Assembly (NCBI RefSeq): GCF_023055435.1
Contig: NW_025964001.1
Span: forward strand, 4,588,001-4,652,000
From: Haliotis rufescens
Taxonomy: Eukaryota
Direction of reading: 5' to 3'
Length of the DNA: 64,000 bases
In this document: one piece after another, positions 25,708-39,460 of the stretch
How positions within the stretch are numbered: position 1 is the first letter of the stretch
Layout: each line of letters opens with the position of its first letter
Notes under the pieces: generated by a model
The model's input: only the letters and a program-made list of their open reading frames with translations
Told to the model about the DNA's origin: nothing
Database searches by the model: none
Position numbers and translations under genes: made by a program

Positions 25708-26557
25708 GATTACCCCACCGCGAGTTTAGCACTTCTTTTTTGGACTTTTTGGTTTAGGGTGATGAGGACAAGCTACGAAGTTCGCCCTTCCGTCCGCTGC
25801 TCAATGGGGACAGCATTTCTCAAAAAGTATTTAAGATGGATAAATGACATTTTCTGGTCATGATCTCAACTGAGTTTAAAAATTGGTGTCGTAAATTATT
25901 TTTTTACAGAGTTATGGCCCCTGCTCCGGGTTTTTTCCGCTTAGTGCATACCGCGTGAAATGGGGACAAGTTTTCTCAGAAAGTTTCACAAATGAAAGTT
26001 CGCATGCTTATCTGAGGGAACCTTGTCAGGACTGAGTTCGAAAATTGGTGCCGTAAATTAGTTTTATACAGAGTAAGGGCCTTTGCTTCATGCTTTTCAA
26101 CTTCGTGCATAGCGTCTGCAAAGGGGACAGGAATTCTCAGAAACTACTCACGTTACGTGAATGAAAGTCTGCCTGCTCATCTGAGAGATCCTTGCCAAGA
26201 CTGAGTTCGAGAATCGGTGTCGTAAATTACAACCAGAGTTATATCCCTTGCTACATGTTTTTTAGATTTGGGGCATACACAGTTATGGCCCTTGATCCAT
26301 GTTAGTTTATTATTTAATGTATATAATATCTACAACGGGGAACGTTTTCTCTTTAACTCCTGAAGTTGCAAGTTTAAATCTAAGAGATACATATCAAGGA
26401 TGAGTTTGAAATCAGATTATATCATGACATATAGTCACCCCAGTGTCGATCTCTTCTGATGGACAACGTTAACTTCCATGTTAATCACTGCCATATAAAT
26501 AAACACAATTCCAACGTGCCCTATGGCGGGGGACAGTAATAACGCTGTTCTCTTGTT
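25708..26557 (+). mobile_element. Non-autonomous Helentron-like element with ~160-bp internal tandem repeats
   Basis: 3-4 diverged repeats (ggggaca...tttctca...actgagtt.gaaaattggtg.cgtaaatta...agagttatggccc). Subterminal inverted motifs attaccccacc and ggcggggga, 3' end cttgtt. This resembles mollusc pearl/HINE-type architecture. Confidence 0.55.
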
Positions 26558-26849
26558 TTATCACTCTTGTATTATGTTTTCCCTTGACAAAGATATGGAT
26601 GTTATTTTTATGACTTTGTTAGAAATAACATTGCCTATAAATATACTTCTCCAAAAACGTTAGGGCCACCGATTCTTTCATATTCCTGAACTTAATGCCA
26701 TACCATGACGGATTACTTATAGTAATGTGTAAGAATCGGGTAGTCTTTGACTTATATTGTGTAGCATAGTCGACATTTTGGGGTTAGAAATGTTTGCGGC
26801 GTGGGTTGCGTTCCGATGAAGTTGTGTCTCCTGACAACATATTTCACAT

Positions 26850-28117
26850 GTTGTTATCTCCCCTAACATCGATCTCAGCTGATATAACAACTATCACAGA
26901 AGATGTAGTTATCTCCCCTAACACCACCGCTGATGTAGTTATCTCCCCTTACACCACAGCTGATGTAGTTATCTCCCCTAACACCACAGCTGATGTATTT
27001 ATCTCCCCTAACACACCGCTGATGTAGTTATCTCCCCTTACACCACAGCTGATGTAGTTATCTCCCCTAACACCACAGCTGATGTATTTATCTCCCTCAA
27101 CACCATAGCTGATGAAGCTATCTCCCCTAACAATAATTACGGTAGGTTGAGTTATCTCCCCTAACAACACAACTTATGTAGTTATCTCCCCTAAAAACAA
27201 TCACATTTTTTGTAGATCTCTTACTTTCAACACTTACATTTGATGTAGTTATCTCCCCTAACACCAGACCGCCTCCGTGGTCTTGTGGTAGAGCGTCCGC
27301 CCGGAGAGTGGAAGGTCCAGGGTTCGATCCCGGGCCGCGTCATACAAAAAGACGTTAAAAGATTGTACTTGTTGTTACCCTGTCTGGCGCTCGGCCTTAA
27401 GGGGCTAAAACAAGGACTGGTCGGCTCGGAGTCAGTATACTGTGTCTGAGTGGGGTATTCATGTTAAACTGCGGCATGGTATCTCAGTGAGCTAGCACTA
27501 TAAATCGGCATCAGTCCGGACTAGTACAAGCAGCCACACACACACATACACGTGCATGCACGTCGCTATATAAGTGCAATAATCTTGGACGCGACGTTAA
27601 ACCCAATTTCACCTCACCTCCCCTAACACCACCGCTGATGTAGTTATCTCCCCTAACACCACAGCTGATGTATTTATCTCCCTCAACACCATAGCTGATG
27701 AAGCTATCTCCCCTAACAATAATTACGGTAGGTTGAGTTATCTCCCCTAACAACACAACTTATGTAGTTATCTCCCCTAAAAACAATCACATTTTTTGTA
27801 GATCTCTTACTTTCAACACTTACATTTGATGTATTTATCTCCCCTAACACACCGCTGATGTAGTTATCTCCCCTTACACCACAGCTGATGTAGTTATCTC
27901 CCCTAACACCACCGCTGATGTAGTTATCTCCCTTAACTCCTCCGCTGACGTAGTTGTCTCCCCTAACATCACCGCTGATGTAGTTATCTCCCTTAACTCC
28001 TCCGCTGATGTAGTTATCTCCCCTAACACCACCGCTGATGTAGTTATCTCCCTTAACTCCTCCGCTGACGTAGTTATCTCCCCTAACACCACCGCTGATG
28101 TAGTTGTCTTCCCTAAC
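26850..28117. repeat. 30-bp minisatellite with a higher-order duplication, interrupted by a family M SINE
   Basis: Unit gctgatgtagttatctcccctaacaccacc. The ~200-bp variant block at 27048-27247 is repeated at 27634-27833. Confidence 0.95.
27267..27617 (+). mobile_element. Family M SINE, full length
   Basis: Near-identical to the 7874 copy. ctcccctaacacca on both sides. Confidence 0.9.
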
Positions 28118-28306
28118 AACAATCACAACAGATGTCAGCGATGATGGCCGACGGCAGTTTTCATTGTTTACAACAGCTTCACTCTTCACCGTATCGGTTT
28201 GTACTACGTGGTCCTCTACCCCCACCACCCCTCCCCTCCCCTGGAACGCCGACATCCCAGCGTGTATCCATGTTTAGGAAAGCTCGTGTGCACATTACTG
28301 AATAAC

Positions 28307-28307
<1 letters not shown>

Positions 28308-28374
<67 letters not shown>
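28308..28374. repeat. (GA)n microsatellite
   Basis: About 33 perfect units. Confidence 0.98.
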
Positions 28375-28377
<3 letters not shown>

Positions 28378-29543
28378 GGCTTTTTATGTGCTCCCTACCC
28401 ACCTACCAAGAACAAAAACACAAAAATATCGCCGAGTGGCTAATTTGTGGAGGTGGAGATGTGAAAGGCCGCTGGTACATCCACACGATTATCAACATAA
28501 TGCATATTCTTTACATAATACCGTAATACATACAGGACGTAACACTAACCGATTTGGGTTTTTTAGAATAAACGGGAATAGTTGAATAACAATATCAGTA
28601 TAATCGCATAGATATTCAAATATTACCCCATATTGTCAACCCCGACAGGGAGTGATTACTTCGCCATTAGTAATTCCAGCCAGACTCCCTCTGAGACCCG
28701 CGGAACCATCAGCGACCGGGCTCAACTTGCAAATAAGTCCAACAGTTGAAACATGATAGATTGTGATTAACACATAGTTGAATAATTTCTACCACCAGAA
28801 AGGGTAGGAACTAACTAACTAGGTTTTAATTCCTCCCCCGTGCAATACTTTAATATGTGAAAGAGGTTTACAAACTTGTGTCATCATATGATATCTTAAT
28901 ATGTTTACATCACATCAAAATTATCATTTTCAGATCGAAAAACTCTGAAACTGGTTCGTTTTATTGGATTATTTCTTGTTTGTTTTGTTCCAGTTAGATT
29001 ATCTCGCTGCGTGTCGAGTGATTGATATTGGGAGTAACAATAAATTAACTGTTTAGATAAGGAGAATATTGGACATTATCCGCCATCGGTCTCAGTGTTG
29101 TTTATTATTGTTATTCTCTATCTCGGCGTTAAATCTTATCTTCTCCTGGGACCGACACATCACGCGAATTTCTGATATTAATGAAGTGTATCCGCTATGT
29201 TAAACATTTCTAGAATAATAATTCTGTAATTGATAATATGTTACGAAAATAATCAGCTTGGGATATAATCTCCATACTTTTCGATAAATATTGCTAATAT
29301 CAAATAGGAATACGGTACGGATATCAAATTATACCTCTCTCGTATTTCGTTAGTCCCTTGGTACAACCCTATACCGTGAGTTCACGTCCTAATACCAAGG
29401 GGGCACACTACGCAATTTCACTTGCCAAATGTGTGGTATGTGAAATATTTGCATGGCTTTCAGAGCGTGATAGATGGACTAGTGTTTAGATTGGCATAAC
29501 ATTTCTATATTCAAAGAAAAAGGCTATTGGCATTATTTGCTAC

Positions 29544-29546
<3 letters not shown>

Positions 29547-29632
<86 letters not shown>
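29547..29632. repeat. (CT)n microsatellite
   Basis: About 43 units with one interruption. Confidence 0.98.
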
Positions 29633-29636
<4 letters not shown>

Positions 29637-29782
29637 CCCCCCACCCCACCACCCCTACCACACACACCTCTCAGTCACTGGATTGTCTGGTTCACGCTTG
29701 CTTATGTACAGACCGCCGTCATATAACTTGAATAGTTCTTGAATAGTGCGGCGTTAGACAACAAACAAACAAACCATCAATT

Positions 29783-30031
29783 AGGGCGTGCAGCTGAAGT
29801 AATAACGTATCGTGCTGTGTTCACCGTTTCTCCCGTCTCTGCAGGGCGTGCAGCTGGGAAAGAAGTGTCTCGGACTGTTTTCACCGTATCTCCCGTCTCT
29901 GCAGGGCGTGCAGCTGGAGTAAGTAGTGTCTCGGACTGTTTTCACCGTATCTCCCGTCTCTGCAGGGCGTGCAGCTGGAGTAATAATATATCGCGCTGTT
30001 TTCACCGTATCTCCCGTCTCTGCAGGGCGTG
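29783..30031. repeat. ~60-bp tandem repeat, 4 copies
   Basis: Constant ctgttttcaccgtatctcccgtctctgcagggcgtgcagctgg plus a variable ~16-nt segment. An isolated partial copy lies at 30219-30243. Confidence 0.9.
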
Positions 30032-31225
30032 TAGACTAACATTTAGTCTCTGAAATCTTATATTACACAATATCCTTCTTGACTCTAAAAATAAAAATAA
30101 AAATCCCTATGCTGTGGAATAGAGCTAGCTTGAGCTGGCTAGACTTGCTTTTGTATGCATTTCTAGATTATGTTTTTTTCATAAAATAAATATATTCCAC
30201 GGTCATGGTGCAGGACTACAGGGCGTGCAGCTGGAGTAAGTAAGCTGGAACAGTGCTGTGAAGGTCCGTGGTTCGAATCCAATTTCTGGTGCGATCTTTG
30301 ACAACACTTCAGACGGATGTTTAAAGTGGAGTTGCTACTTGAAACGTTGATTGTTATTGGGGTAATGCTTCTAAGTTACGAAGAAAAACATCCCTCGAGA
30401 ACAAAGGAAACATCAGTCCCAGTTGTATAATGGATGGTAATCAGGTAACGATGTGAACTATGTCATCCATCCATCAAACGCTGGGTTATTATTAGAAGCA
30501 GTTCATAACACTTCCACCAAGCCGATTGTCTGTGTGCAAAAAAAGACAAAAATTGCCTCCATCCATTGGTAAAAGCGAGTATAGTATATATTCGTCCATT
30601 ATCTTCTGGCAGACAGATACGGACAATGAAAATGTGTATCATCGTTAAATGTGGGGAATCGCTCGACGGCCGTGATGTTGACACAAGCTCCGCACACCGT
30701 GTCGATGTTGCTGACACACCGTATAATCGGAAAGGTGATTCCCCCGGCTCTGTTCTAGTGTTCAAAAATAGTGCAGTGTCAGTGCGCCGGAACACAACAT
30801 CGCTAAATGCATGCCGGGAAACTGCTCTTGTAATAGAGAATGTTTTCACTAGGCGCTCCTAAGGCGACATAGACACAAATGTGACGGGCATATAATTGAA
30901 GAAATGGGAAGCGTGTGTGTAGATGAAGGAAATATGAAATATGATATATGTGGGGGTATTTCAAGCCAGCCCTGTAGGATGTTTGTTTAATATTTTTACA
31001 GTGTAAACACACAAACACAGCCTGCCAATAATGTGTCGTGGGGTTATATCGTGGTAATCCTGTACTTCTTAACATGTATGCTGGGGACAGGTATGATTGA
31101 TTGTTCGGAGTTGTTGTTGTACTAATAGTATTTGATATTTTACGGAAGTGACGTATTGTAAGCCTCATTTCAAGTACACCTTTCCACTCACCTTATCAAT
31201 CATGTGGATTTGGCAACAAGGTAAA

Positions 31226-31369
31226 CTTAACTATGGGCAAAAGAAAATATACACGTGAAAATTGGATTTGACCCCAAACTTAAAAACGTTATCCAAACGT
31301 TACAAGGCTGAAAATTTTTGCCGAAACTCCAAAACACAAAACACTACATTCTTTTGCCCAGCAATTTAG
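31226..31369. mobile_element. Tc1-like MITE, internally deleted
   Basis: aactatgggcaaaagaaa...aaattggatttgacc...ttcttttgcccagcaattta. Confidence 0.6.
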
Positions 31370-31857
31370 CTCAGAATCCCTATCAAAAGCTGAGTATAGA
31401 ACAGAGATACATGAACATTTAATTTGAAATATATACCTTTACTCTATAAATTGGAATAACGTACAAGAATGAAAAGAATACCATCCCTTTATAGTAGGTG
31501 ATATGAAATAATGTTGAAAGAACTATCTTCATGAAGGTAAATTACTGGTTGAAAGAAATGCTTCCAGATGATGTACAAGATGAAGATTCTGCCGGGCTAC
31601 GTCAAATGAAGGTTGACTGAGGAAATATGAGCAATATCATGGCAATACCATTGCAGCAAGCGTCACCCAACCTTAAGACGATCTTCTATGAGTTCTTTGA
31701 GTCGCGTTTAAGCAGAACGCCAGTAGTCAATGCTGTACATTGATTGGTCCATGCAGTCAACATCCGGGCGCAGCGTCATGCGCAATGAGTGTGGTCTTGG
31801 CCTTGACCTCTATCTCTCTCCATTGTGGACCCTGATACTCACTCACACAACCATCAT

Positions 31858-32037
31858 GTTTGTTTGTTTGTTGTATCCACTGATTGACATCATGAGCACC
31901 GATCCTTGCAATTGATATACGATGACATGCATCAACCAAGTCAGCGAGGCTGACCACCCGATCCCGTTCGTCGCCTCATACGACAAGCATAGTCGCATTT
32001 AACGGCAAGCATGGGTATTCTATTCCGGATCTTCACG
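31858..32037 (-). mobile_element. Family H element with deletions
   Basis: gtttgtttg tail, atcaaccaagtcagcgag, gtcgcctcatacgacaagc and ggatcttcacg. Confidence 0.8.
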
Positions 32038-34786
32038 TGTCGCAACCATCATGTAATGAAAGACTATTTTCCAAGTTAATGAATCTTCTTCTGAGCAGAA
32101 TCAACCATGGTTTGTCTGCACCAGTCACTGCATTGTGGGAAAGGCTTGTTGTAAATCTGTTTCTCATTATTTCTGCCTGTACGCATATATCCATGTCCTC
32201 ACTTCCGGGGAGGGACACACGTGCAGCGGAGACATTCTTTACATGTTTAGCTCAAACCTTCAGGCAATTGTTATCCCTTAAATAAAAGGAAACATGTTCA
32301 AATCACAACCACGGTGATCTAGTGAACTCGGGCTGTGTTCCACATGATCAATGTTACAGTGGCGCCGCCCTTGTTTCCTCTAAACTGCCATTAAACTTTG
32401 AAATGTTACAATTTCTCTTCGTAATACTACCCAAACAACTTATTGACACCTTGCACAACTTAAAAACAACCTTTGGAGGGTGGGGATAGGTGACAAAAAG
32501 ACGATGGTCAAAGGTGACTGTTTGTTTTTAATGCTACCCCTTTTTAACTTTCATTTCTATTGCATTGCGTTGATTTAATGTATTTTTAATTACGTACATA
32601 AAACGTTATATATCAAGGCTATCTGCGTCAGCATATAAAACTGTACACACAAGCATTTTAGAGATTCATTTAACACGTTTCTCGTTTCACAAGTCGAACT
32701 TCTGATGGGTGTCATTTTTATGCTGTGATCTTGACCTTTGATAAGTCAATCAAAATCTAATCAACCGTCAACCCTGCCAAGATGTCGTATATGCCAAGTT
32801 GCAGGTTAGCAGCCAGGTTAATGTCGCTGTGAGGAGCTCGCTGTGTTTGACAATAACGTCACCACAGTTACTTAATCTGCCAAAATGTTTATGATTCGCA
32901 GCTTTAAAATCAGTACAGATGGAACTAGACATGAAGATTTATTTATAAATTTCCTTATTTTTTGATAGACTGCACCAAAGGGATGTGCCTGTTGATAGGA
33001 AATACGAATTATTTTTTTTTAAATGGCTTGACATTGCATTACCATAATTGTGGCTACTGCAAACCCAACACATCGTTATATTTATAAGAATTAACTAATA
33101 TTTGTCTCCAAATATATTTACCCAAAGGTATTTATTACTCATTAATTTACTACAAATCAAACTATATTTTTGTCTGTCACTCTACCTACGTGTCTGAATG
33201 GGAGCACGGGGAACTACGTACCTTCTCGTAAATCATTCCGCTCTGGTGCCTCATCACAACACCAGCAAGCGTCCATTAAACAAATTAACTGTTTACCCTC
33301 AGACAAAAGAAGTGGGCTCCATTTCAGAGCGAATCACCTACTCAGTGCCATCCCACAACAAGGCATAATGGAAGGGATTCCTCCTTGTACAAGGAATATG
33401 GTATTCCCATTTGCTAATTACAAAAGGTCACGGAGACCAACAAGGATATGGCTTTGATTGCGGCAAACATCTCCGCTATTGATCGCAATGCTAATATTTT
33501 CTGCTAAATTTACGAACAGTAATTTAGTCCGCTTCTTTAATTTTACTTTCTTTATAATAATCTCCAAAGAAAGATTTACGATCACGATACACGCATGCGC
33601 TGCTTTGATGTGCCAGAAATCGACACGACAATAGTCGTTATGTGATTTGAATCTCACAATTGACAAAACTTGGACGATGTTTGATTGAACCAGGATCTCG
33701 GAGCCAGTCATCTGGCATCATTGCGTCACCATTTCGAGGTCATACAATGTAGAGTTCTGCGGTGCGAGTAATTCAAAATAAATGAATTCATATCTAAGAT
33801 AGGGAAACAAAAAGTGGAAAACAATATCAACATTTGAAAAAACACCACAATGCCTCTCGCTGTGAATGTGGCATTGTAGAGTTTTGAAAGTCAGTTTGAA
33901 ACTCGTGATTAGTCGTTTATAGGGACATTAAGTAGGTTTCACAGAATAACGACCCATTTCGTAAGTGGGATCTAAAACAGCATCATTTTGCTGGGATAAG
34001 AAACAGGCCATGTTGTGTATTAATCTTGGTGTGGGAGGGTTGTTTTGGCATTTGGTTGGTGTCACGATAATCGCCTGTGTCTGTGTCTGTGTTTGTGTCT
34101 GTGTACAACGACACATGATTTTTTTATATAATATTTTAATATCCAGTATGTCCAGTCTTTAATGTTACGTTTTTGAGGCCAAGCTATTTTTTCCAGCATT
34201 TTTTTATATTTATTTTTCAACATTAACTTGAACAAATCTCGAACGTTAACCACAACTGTAACTAAAGACGCCGAAACTCGCTGTGCACAGTTGCGTCCCT
34301 TGTCGTGCCAGGATCCAGTGGTCGTGGGTTGGATTCCCGATTATTCCTGGTTTTGAATCTTGTTCCATGCCTGTAAACGTAAAGCTACAACGGTGTCACG
34401 TTTAGTTTTCTTCCTATAAACCCTGCTAAACCCTGAACGGCTTTGAACCCCAACTTACTCACTCTCTTTAAACACATTTGATACTGATATTGTTGGAATA
34501 TTGCTGAAAGCGGCGTAAAACCAAAGTCACGCACCAACTGATATGTTTGAAATAGCAGACAGACAAAAAAGACTGGGCAACTGGGATCAATATATGCTAG
34601 TCATTACAAGTGATGTTAGTAGGAAATGAAATAGAATCGAACTGCTTCAGCAACATTAATAACTCCACAATAAAATCGTGACACAAAGCCGGGGATTCCA
34701 TCTTGCTCACCGTTCAGAACAGCTGGCTAAGGGAGGCACCTGCTTTGATACCCACAAATACTCCTCGTCACGTCAAAATGAATAAC

Positions 34787-35126
34787 GGCCGCCTCCGTGG
34801 TGTAGTGGTAGAGCGTCCGCCCGGAGAGCGGAAGGTCCGGCGTTCGATCCCCGGCCGCGTCATACCAAAAGACGTTACAAGATGGTACTTGTTGTTACCC
34901 TGTCTGGCGCTCGACACTAAGGGGCTAAAACAAGGAATGGTCGGCTCGGAGTCAGTATACCGTGTCTGAGTGGGGCATTCACGTTAAACTGCGGCATGGT
35001 ATACCAGCGGGCTAGCACTATAAATCGGCATCAGTCCGGACTAGTACAAGCAGCCACACACACAAACACACGTGCATATATAAGTGCAATAATCTTGGAC
35101 GCGACGTTAAACCCAATTTCACCTAT
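34787..35126 (+). mobile_element. Family M SINE
   Basis: A/B boxes and Meta-like core. TSD atgaataac. Confidence 0.9.
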
Positions 35127-35220
35127 ATGAATAACATGAAATCAAGCCTGTTTACTGATGGTGCTATTCCAGTTATATAAACGTAAGCATATACTTGACT
35201 TCATTTGTGATAGTGACATC

Positions 35221-35552
35221 TACTCATAGGTCTTGAGCTATTTATTCACTGTTACGCGACTAACGGGATCGGGTAGTCAGGCTCGCTGACTTGGTTGATA
35301 CATGTCGTTGTATCCCAATCGTGTAGATCGTTGCCCATGAAGTCAATCACTGGATTGTCTGGACCTGGGCCCACTTGCACAAAGCGATCTTAGCGCTAAG
35401 ATGATCGTAACTCCCATACTTTAACATAGGCCTACAATAGTCGTAGCGCTAAGATTGCTTTGTGCAAGTGGGCCCAGACTCGATTATTGACAGACTGCCA
35501 TAATTTTGTTGGAATATTCCTGAGTGCGGCGTTAAACAACGAACACACGAAC
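35221..35552 (+). mobile_element. Family H element (expanded-insert variant) carrying a MITE
   Basis: ttcactgttacgcgactaacgggatcgggt...; the H sequence resumes after 35477. Confidence 0.8.
35368..35474. mobile_element. 107-bp Harbinger-like MITE, opposite orientation
   Basis: TIRs ggcccacttgcacaaagcgatcttagcgcta / tagcgctaagattgctttgtgcaagtgggcc. CTG on the left, CAG on the right. Confidence 0.85.
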
Positions 35553-36717
35553 ACGGTAAGGATCCAAACACGAAGTTTTTCTTTGTAGTGCTCCGGGAAC
35601 TAATCACCAGGTTAGCTAATGCTTACAGTCATTACGTAATATGAGTCCATTATACCAGCATGTGAAGAATAAATCGGTCCTGTAATAAATAAAAAAAATC
35701 AGTGACACTGGTACTTCTTACAGGCCGTCGCCTCCATGTCTAAAACGACCGTTTAGTCCGAGGTAATGCCGCGATGTCTTTAATACACTTCCTTGTTCGT
35801 TTTATCTTGGGGAAGATTTGCAAATTAGCGTATCCTGTGCCACAGTGCTTTGACCTTCAGAAGCAACTAGTTCAGGGAGATTTCGTTACTTTAGAACTAA
35901 TCCAATTCTTGTGTAAAGGCTGCCTTATCTTTACTCCATAATGCGACAGGTGTTTGAAGCCAGTTCAGAAAAACATCAAATTACGGCCGCATCGGACTTA
36001 GGATCGGGTCGATCATTGGAAATATCTCAAATTAATTCTAGGTGTTACCAGAGAATGCTATTTGCCGCTATTAGAACGTCTAGACTAGTGTAGCACCGCT
36101 CCGTTCGCTGAGCTGACCATACCAGCGGACCTGATTGCTTCGACTTGGAGTGACTATATACAATCGGGGGAGGGTTACTCTCCAAGGACTCGCTAATTGT
36201 GACATGGGGTGTTCGGAGTCGCTAAACTTCGAGGCCGACGCTTGGGACATGATAATGGCGGAGGCTAGAGGTCTGTTCACTGGGATTTCCACAGCAAAGG
36301 TCGTGTCCTGAATCGCTTCAAAATGATTTCGGAACATCAAACTTTCATTTAGATAATTACATCAATACCTAAGAGTAGAAAATATCGGTATTGGGTCAAG
36401 ATTTGTATGGTGAGGTCAGATAAAGGTCGACTTGAGGCGATGAGCTCCTTCCTACCTACTGCAGGCCTTTTAACTATCAATGATATGGTGAACCCGCTGT
36501 TCATTTTATTAGATTCTCGTTATCAACAAAACATTTTACTCAAGACATATTTGTGAACCGCCTAAAACATCGTACCTTGATGGTAGTGATTTTAATCTAT
36601 TTCACAAAGGCACGTGTCAATATTTCTTTTCTGCAAACGTCATTTTTGCTACAAATAATTATCAAATATGCAAAAGGTTTTATGTCATTAAACAGGAGTA
36701 GATATCTGGACCAACTA

Positions 36718-39460
36718 TGATGGGGTTTGTCTGTAGCATTTGAGGTAGGATTTGTCTGTAGCATTTGAGGTAGGATTTGTCTGTACCGTTTGCGGTAGGG
36801 TTTGTCGGTAACGTTTGAGGTGGGGTTAGTCTGGACCATTTGAGGTGGGGTTTGCCTGTACCATTTGTGGTGGGGTTTGTCTGTGCCGTTTGAGGTAGGG
36901 TTTGTCTGCAGCATTTGAGGTGTGGTTTGTCTGTACCATTTTAGGCGGGGTCTGTCTGTACCATTTGAGGTGGGGTTTGTCTGCAGCATTTGAGGTGGGG
37001 TTTGTCTGTGCCGTTTGCGGTAGGGTTTGTCTGCACCATTTGAAGTGGGGTTTGTCTGTACCATTTGAGGTGGGGTTTGTCTGTACCATTTGAGGTGGGG
37101 TTTGTCTGCACCATTTGAGGTGGGGTTTGTCTGGACCATTTGAGGTTGGGTTTGTCTGCACCATTTGAGGTGGGGTTTGTCTGCACCATTTGAGGTGGGG
37201 TTTGTCTGCACCATTTGCGGTAGGATTTCTCCACCATTTTGGGTAGGGTTTGTCTACCATTTGAGGTAGGATTTGTCTACCATTTGAGGTGGGGTTTGTC
37301 TTCAATTTGAGGTAGGATTTGTTTACCATTTGAGGTGGGGTTTCTCTACCATTGAGGTGGGGTTTGTCTGGACCATTTGAGGTGGGGTTTGTCTGCACCA
37401 TTTGAGGTGGGGTTTGTCTGCACCATTTGAGGTAGGGTTTGTCTGTACCATTTGAGGTGGGTTTGTCTGTAGCATTTGAGGTAGGGTTTGTCTGTAACAT
37501 TTGAGGTAGGGTTTGTCTGTAACGTTTGAGGTGGGGTTTGTCTGAAACGCTCGAGGTAGGGTTTGTCTGTACCATTTGAGGCGGGGTTTGTCTGTACCAT
37601 TTGAGGTGGGGTTTGTCTGCACCATTTGAGGTGGGGTTTGTCTGCATCATTTGAGGTGGGGTTTGTCTGTACCATTTGAGGTGGGGTTTGTCTGCAGCAT
37701 TTGAGGTGGGGTTTGTCTGCACCATTTGAGGTGGGGTTTGTCTGTACCATTTGTGGTGGGGTTTGTCTACACCATGTGAGGTAGGGTTTGTCTGTACAAT
37801 TTGAGGTGGGGTTTGTCTGCACCGTTTGAGGTAGGGTTTGTCTGTACCATTTGAGATGGGGTTTGTCTGTACCATTTGAGGTGGGATTTGTCTGTACCAT
37901 TTGAGGTGGGGTTTGTCTGCACCATTTGCGGTAGGATTTGTCCACCATTTGGGGTAGGGTTTGTCTACCATTTGAGGTAGGATTTGTCTACCATTTGAGG
38001 TGGGGTTTCTCTACCATTTGAGGTAGGATTTGTCTACCATTTGAGGTGGGGTTTGTCTACCATTTGAGGTAGGATTTGTCTACCATTTGAGGTAGGGTTT
38101 GTCTACCATTTGACGTAGGATTTTTCTACCATTTGAGGTGGGGTTTGTCTACCATTTGAGGTAGGATTTGTCTGGACCATTTGCATGTAGGATTTGTTTG
38201 GACCATTTGAGGTTGGGTTTGCCTGAACCATTTGAGAAAGGATGTGTCTGTACCATTTGAGGTAGGGTTTGTCTGTAACATTTGAGGTGGGGTTTGTCTG
38301 AAACGCTCGAGGTAGGGTTTGTCTGTACCATTTGAGGCGGGGTTTGTCTGTACCATTTGAGGTGGGGTTTGTCTGCAGCATTTGAGGTGGGGTTTGTCTG
38401 CAGCATTTGAGGTGGGGTTTGTCTGTACCATTTGAGGTGGGGTTTGTCTGTACCATTTGAGGTGGGGTTTGTCTGCACCATTTGAGGTGGGGTTTGTCTG
38501 TACCATTTGAGGTGGGGTTTGTCTGTACCATTTGAGGTGGGATTTGTCTGTACCATTTGAGGTGGGGTTTGTCTGCACCGTTTGCGGTAGGATTTGTCCA
38601 CCATTTGGGGTAGGGTTTGTCTACCATTTGAGGTAGGATTTGTCTGGACCATTTGCATGTAGGATTTGCCTGAACCATTTGAGAAAGGATGTGTCTGTAC
38701 CATTTGATATAGGATTTGTCTCGACCATTTGAGGTCGGGTTTGTCTGGACCATTTGAGGTGGGGTTTGTCTACCATTTGAGGTTGTGTTTGCCTGGACCA
38801 TTTGAGAAAGGATGTGTCTGTTCCATTTGAGATAGGATTTGTCTGGACCATTTGAGGTGGGGTTTGTCTGGACCATTTGAGAAAGGATGTGTCTGTACCA
38901 TTTGAGATAGGATTTGTCTGGACCATTTTAGGTGGGGTTTGTCTATACCATTTAAGGTGGGGTTTGTCTGTACCATTTGAGGTTTGGTTTGTCTGTACCA
39001 TTTGAGGTAGGGTTTGTCTGTACCGTTTGCGGTAGGGTTTGTCTGGACTGTTTGAGGTGGGGTTTGTCTGTACCATTTAAGTCGGGGTTTGTCTGTATCA
39101 TTTGAGGTGGAGTTTGTCTGTACCGTTTTTGGTAGGGTTTGTCTGGACTGTTTGAGGTGGAATTTGTCTGTACCATTTGAGGTGGGGTTTGTCCACCATT
39201 TGAGGTGGGGGTCTTTCTGTCCCTTTTGAGGTAGGATTTGTCTAGACCATTTGAGGTGGGGTTTGTCCACCATTTGAGGTGGGGGTTCTCTGTCCCTTTT
39301 GAGGTAGGGTTTGTCTGTATCATTTGAGGTGGGGTTTGTCTACCATTTGAGGTAGGATTTGTCTGTAGCATTTGAGGTGGGGTTTGTCTGTAGCATTTGA
39401 GGTGGGGTTTGTCTGTAGCATTTGAGGTGGAATTTGTCTGTGCAAAATAGAGGTAGGGTT
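36718..39460. repeat. 25-bp (and 23-bp variant) satellite, more than 100 copies
   Basis: Unit ccatttgaggt(g/a)gg(g/a)tttgtctgta. Rare variants recur (ctgaaacgctcgaggtagg at ~37540 and ~38297), showing block duplications. Confidence 0.97.

Noticed and set aside
28308-29632. (GA)n and (CT)n as an inverted pair
   Set aside because: Both are common microsatellites, and there is no flanking homology to indicate a real inverted repeat.
29783-30031. CRISPR-like constant/variable repeat
   Set aside because: The variable segments are only about 16 nt and related to each other, the context is eukaryotic, and there are no cas genes.
30463-30862. Overlapping 128-aa and 98-aa ORFs
   Set aside because: There is no recognisable domain or convincing splice structure.
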